From assembly GCF_009914755.1 (NCBI RefSeq), contig NC_060929.1: a DNA stretch of 64,000 bases. One strand, given 5' to 3'. Every line of letters begins with the position of its first letter. Positions within the stretch are counted from its first letter, which is position 1. Shown here in pieces: positions 61,911 to 64,000 of the stretch. The notes beneath the pieces are model-generated. The model was not told the DNA's origin. It saw only the letters and a list, made by a program, of their open reading frames with translations, and did no database searches. The translations under genes and the position numbers were made by a program. The stretch is from the human T2T-CHM13v2.0 reference genome, Homo sapiens.

Positions 61911-62329
61911 TTTATTTTTTAAATGCTTTCAAACCACTTTATTAAATGTGGTTTATTGAACTATGTGGCGAATTCTGCAGTATCTAGGTCCAGTGTGCCA
62001 GGTTCATTGAGTACTGTGCTGTGTAAATCTGGCAATTTGCTTCCCTGTGGACTCCTCTACCTTCCTAATTCTACATGATCTTGGTTTTGAAGTATTGGCT
62101 AAAAAGGCTTCTAAAAGGGTATCCCTTTTGAATAGTTAAAAACAATTATATAGAAACAATGGGAAAGCAATATTGGAAGATAACTGTCTCCAAATACTCC
62201 CAATTGTTTTCATTATAGGAAGCTTTAAAAGTGTGATTTCTGACAATTTTCTCTAAACTTTCCTGCTGAGCAGAGCAATAGGACTCTCCTTTGTGTTGAC
62301 TGTTTTTACAACATAGTCTTGTGGCTTTG

Positions 62330-62461
62330 TGCATTCATTCCCAGCTCTGCCACTAATCAGCTGTGTGACCTTGGACAGGTTACTTAATCTCTCTGAACTT
62401 CAATTTTCTTGTCTGTAAAATGGGGAATATAGAGTACCTCTCTCATGGTGTTGTTATGAAG

Positions 62462-62535
<74 letters not shown>

Positions 62536-62590
62536 CTTGGAACACTGCCTGGCATGTGGTAAGGGCTATTTACATGTCAGCTCTTGGTTA
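62330..62590 (+). mobile_element. MIR containing a (TA)~31 microsatellite (62466-62528)
   Basis: cagctgtgtgaccttggacaggttacttaatctctctgaacttcaattttcttgtctgtaaaatgggg; MIR resumes after the TA run. Confidence 0.88.
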
Positions 62591-64000
62591 TTGTTCACTA
62601 TTTTGGAGTTTGTTGGGGTGGAAGGGGAGGAATTGGAGCTCAGCTTCTCTGGGCTTTAGAAAACTGTGATTTTTTTTTTTCCTTATGAAACTTATGAGAG
62701 AGAACAGGAAAAAAAAAGTGGCCATTCAAGCAGTCTTTATTAGTTTATTAACACTTAATCTAGGGTGTGTGTGCAAGCACATGCATATTTTTAAGTGAAA
62801 GCATTTGCTGTCTATTAAGGACAGCCATTTGTTTTTTTAAACAGATTTAGTTCTGAATCTTCCTGTGAGCAGGTTTGACTATCTTAGGAGAGAAGTAATA
62901 ATTTTGTCTGTTAGGTTTTGGATCTGTAGTGATTGTTCAGGTACTATGATGTTAGGCTGACAGTTTGCACCAAAATGGCCATTTTCCACATAAACTTAAC
63001 ATGGATGTGGCTTCATCCTGGAATCAAGGCCCTTTCTATGTTACATTAACTCCTTCAGGCATCACAGCTGACTGCCTCTCCTCACCACTAATTAGGACCC
63101 TGGTGACTTAAAAGAGTTAAGTGAAGCACTCCTAAAAGTAAGCAAGGGGAATAATTTGGATGATGGAAAATTCTGGTATTAAACTCCTGCTGAAAGGATA
63201 AGAGGTAGTAAACAGCCTAAGGCATACATGTAAATGACTGTAGTTGGCAGTATTTCTGTCTGTATTCTTTGTAGGTCTACAGGATATTTAAATAAAAGGT
63301 GCTTTTTTCTTTTTCTGGACTGGGTTTATTTCTGGTGAGAGTTTTGTTTTCTTTGCTACACTCAACCACAGTGCTTGGAGTACAGTGGTCTGAAAGAACT
63401 GGGAAGAATTTCTGTGTGTAAATATGACAAGTAACATCTCGAAATATTCTGGGTACAGTGATTGTTTTGCTTTTTTATCAGGGAGCTTGTATCTTTTCTG
63501 TTTTATTTCAAATAATCATTAATTGAATCTACATTCTGTCCGTCCTTTGTTTAGAATAAGGTGTTATTGTTGAGTGAGTTTTGGACTTTGCTTTTCGAAT
63601 TTATAGGACACATTGGGATTATACATTGTAAACTTGGAATTAATTATGTAGACCATTCTAACAACTGATATTCTACATCAATAATGTGTCCTTTGCTTTC
63701 TTTAATATTCTGGGCATTTTTGCCTGATTATGTAGCTATCCGTAGTGATTATCTGGTTTTAAGATGGGATTGTTTCCAGGTAATTTGACCACTGTGACTT
63801 TATTGTCTAGTTACTGAGTTAGTCGTCTTCTGTCAGGAGGCTTTCGTTTTCCAGGGGAAATTCTGTGCAATATTTGCATATTAGTTTTGACAAAGACATA
63901 CTGATTTTTCAGGAGAAAGCATAAAATACTATAGTATGCTTATCATGCTTTTCACCTTGGACAGTACTTTTCTTAGAATAGTGTCTCCAGTCACAAGGTT

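Overview
Primate genomic DNA, human or a close great ape (AluY, L1PA2 and a human-like SK2 protein). It contains the 5' coding end of KCNN2 (small-conductance Ca2+-activated K+ channel SK2/KCa2.2) on the + strand. Bases 1-~47,200 are repeat-rich non-coding DNA: Alus, L1s, L2/MIR, MaLR/ERVL LTRs, Tigger-type DNA elements and microsatellites. A CpG island (~49.6-52.6 kb) holds the large first coding exon (in-frame ATGs at 50789, 50852, 50957 and 51593; donor after 52081). The next exon is 52726-52821, followed by a long intron that runs past the window end. The most notable readings are: (1) a small upstream exon, 49761-49966, that would add MFWRRRKCDV in frame and whose acceptor is also a consensus donor (CAG|GTGAG, recursive-splice-site architecture); (2) an overlapping uORF that could switch start-codon use; (3) a young 5'-inverted L1PA2 with a perfect 24-bp fold-back hairpin at its junction; (4) a sense-oriented MLT2A-type LTR with an intact-looking splice donor upstream of KCNN2. 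No rRNA, tRNA, CRISPR or prokaryotic features were seen, and no new gene system is demonstrable from sequence alone. Repeat subfamily names and boundaries come from recognition by eye and are approximate.
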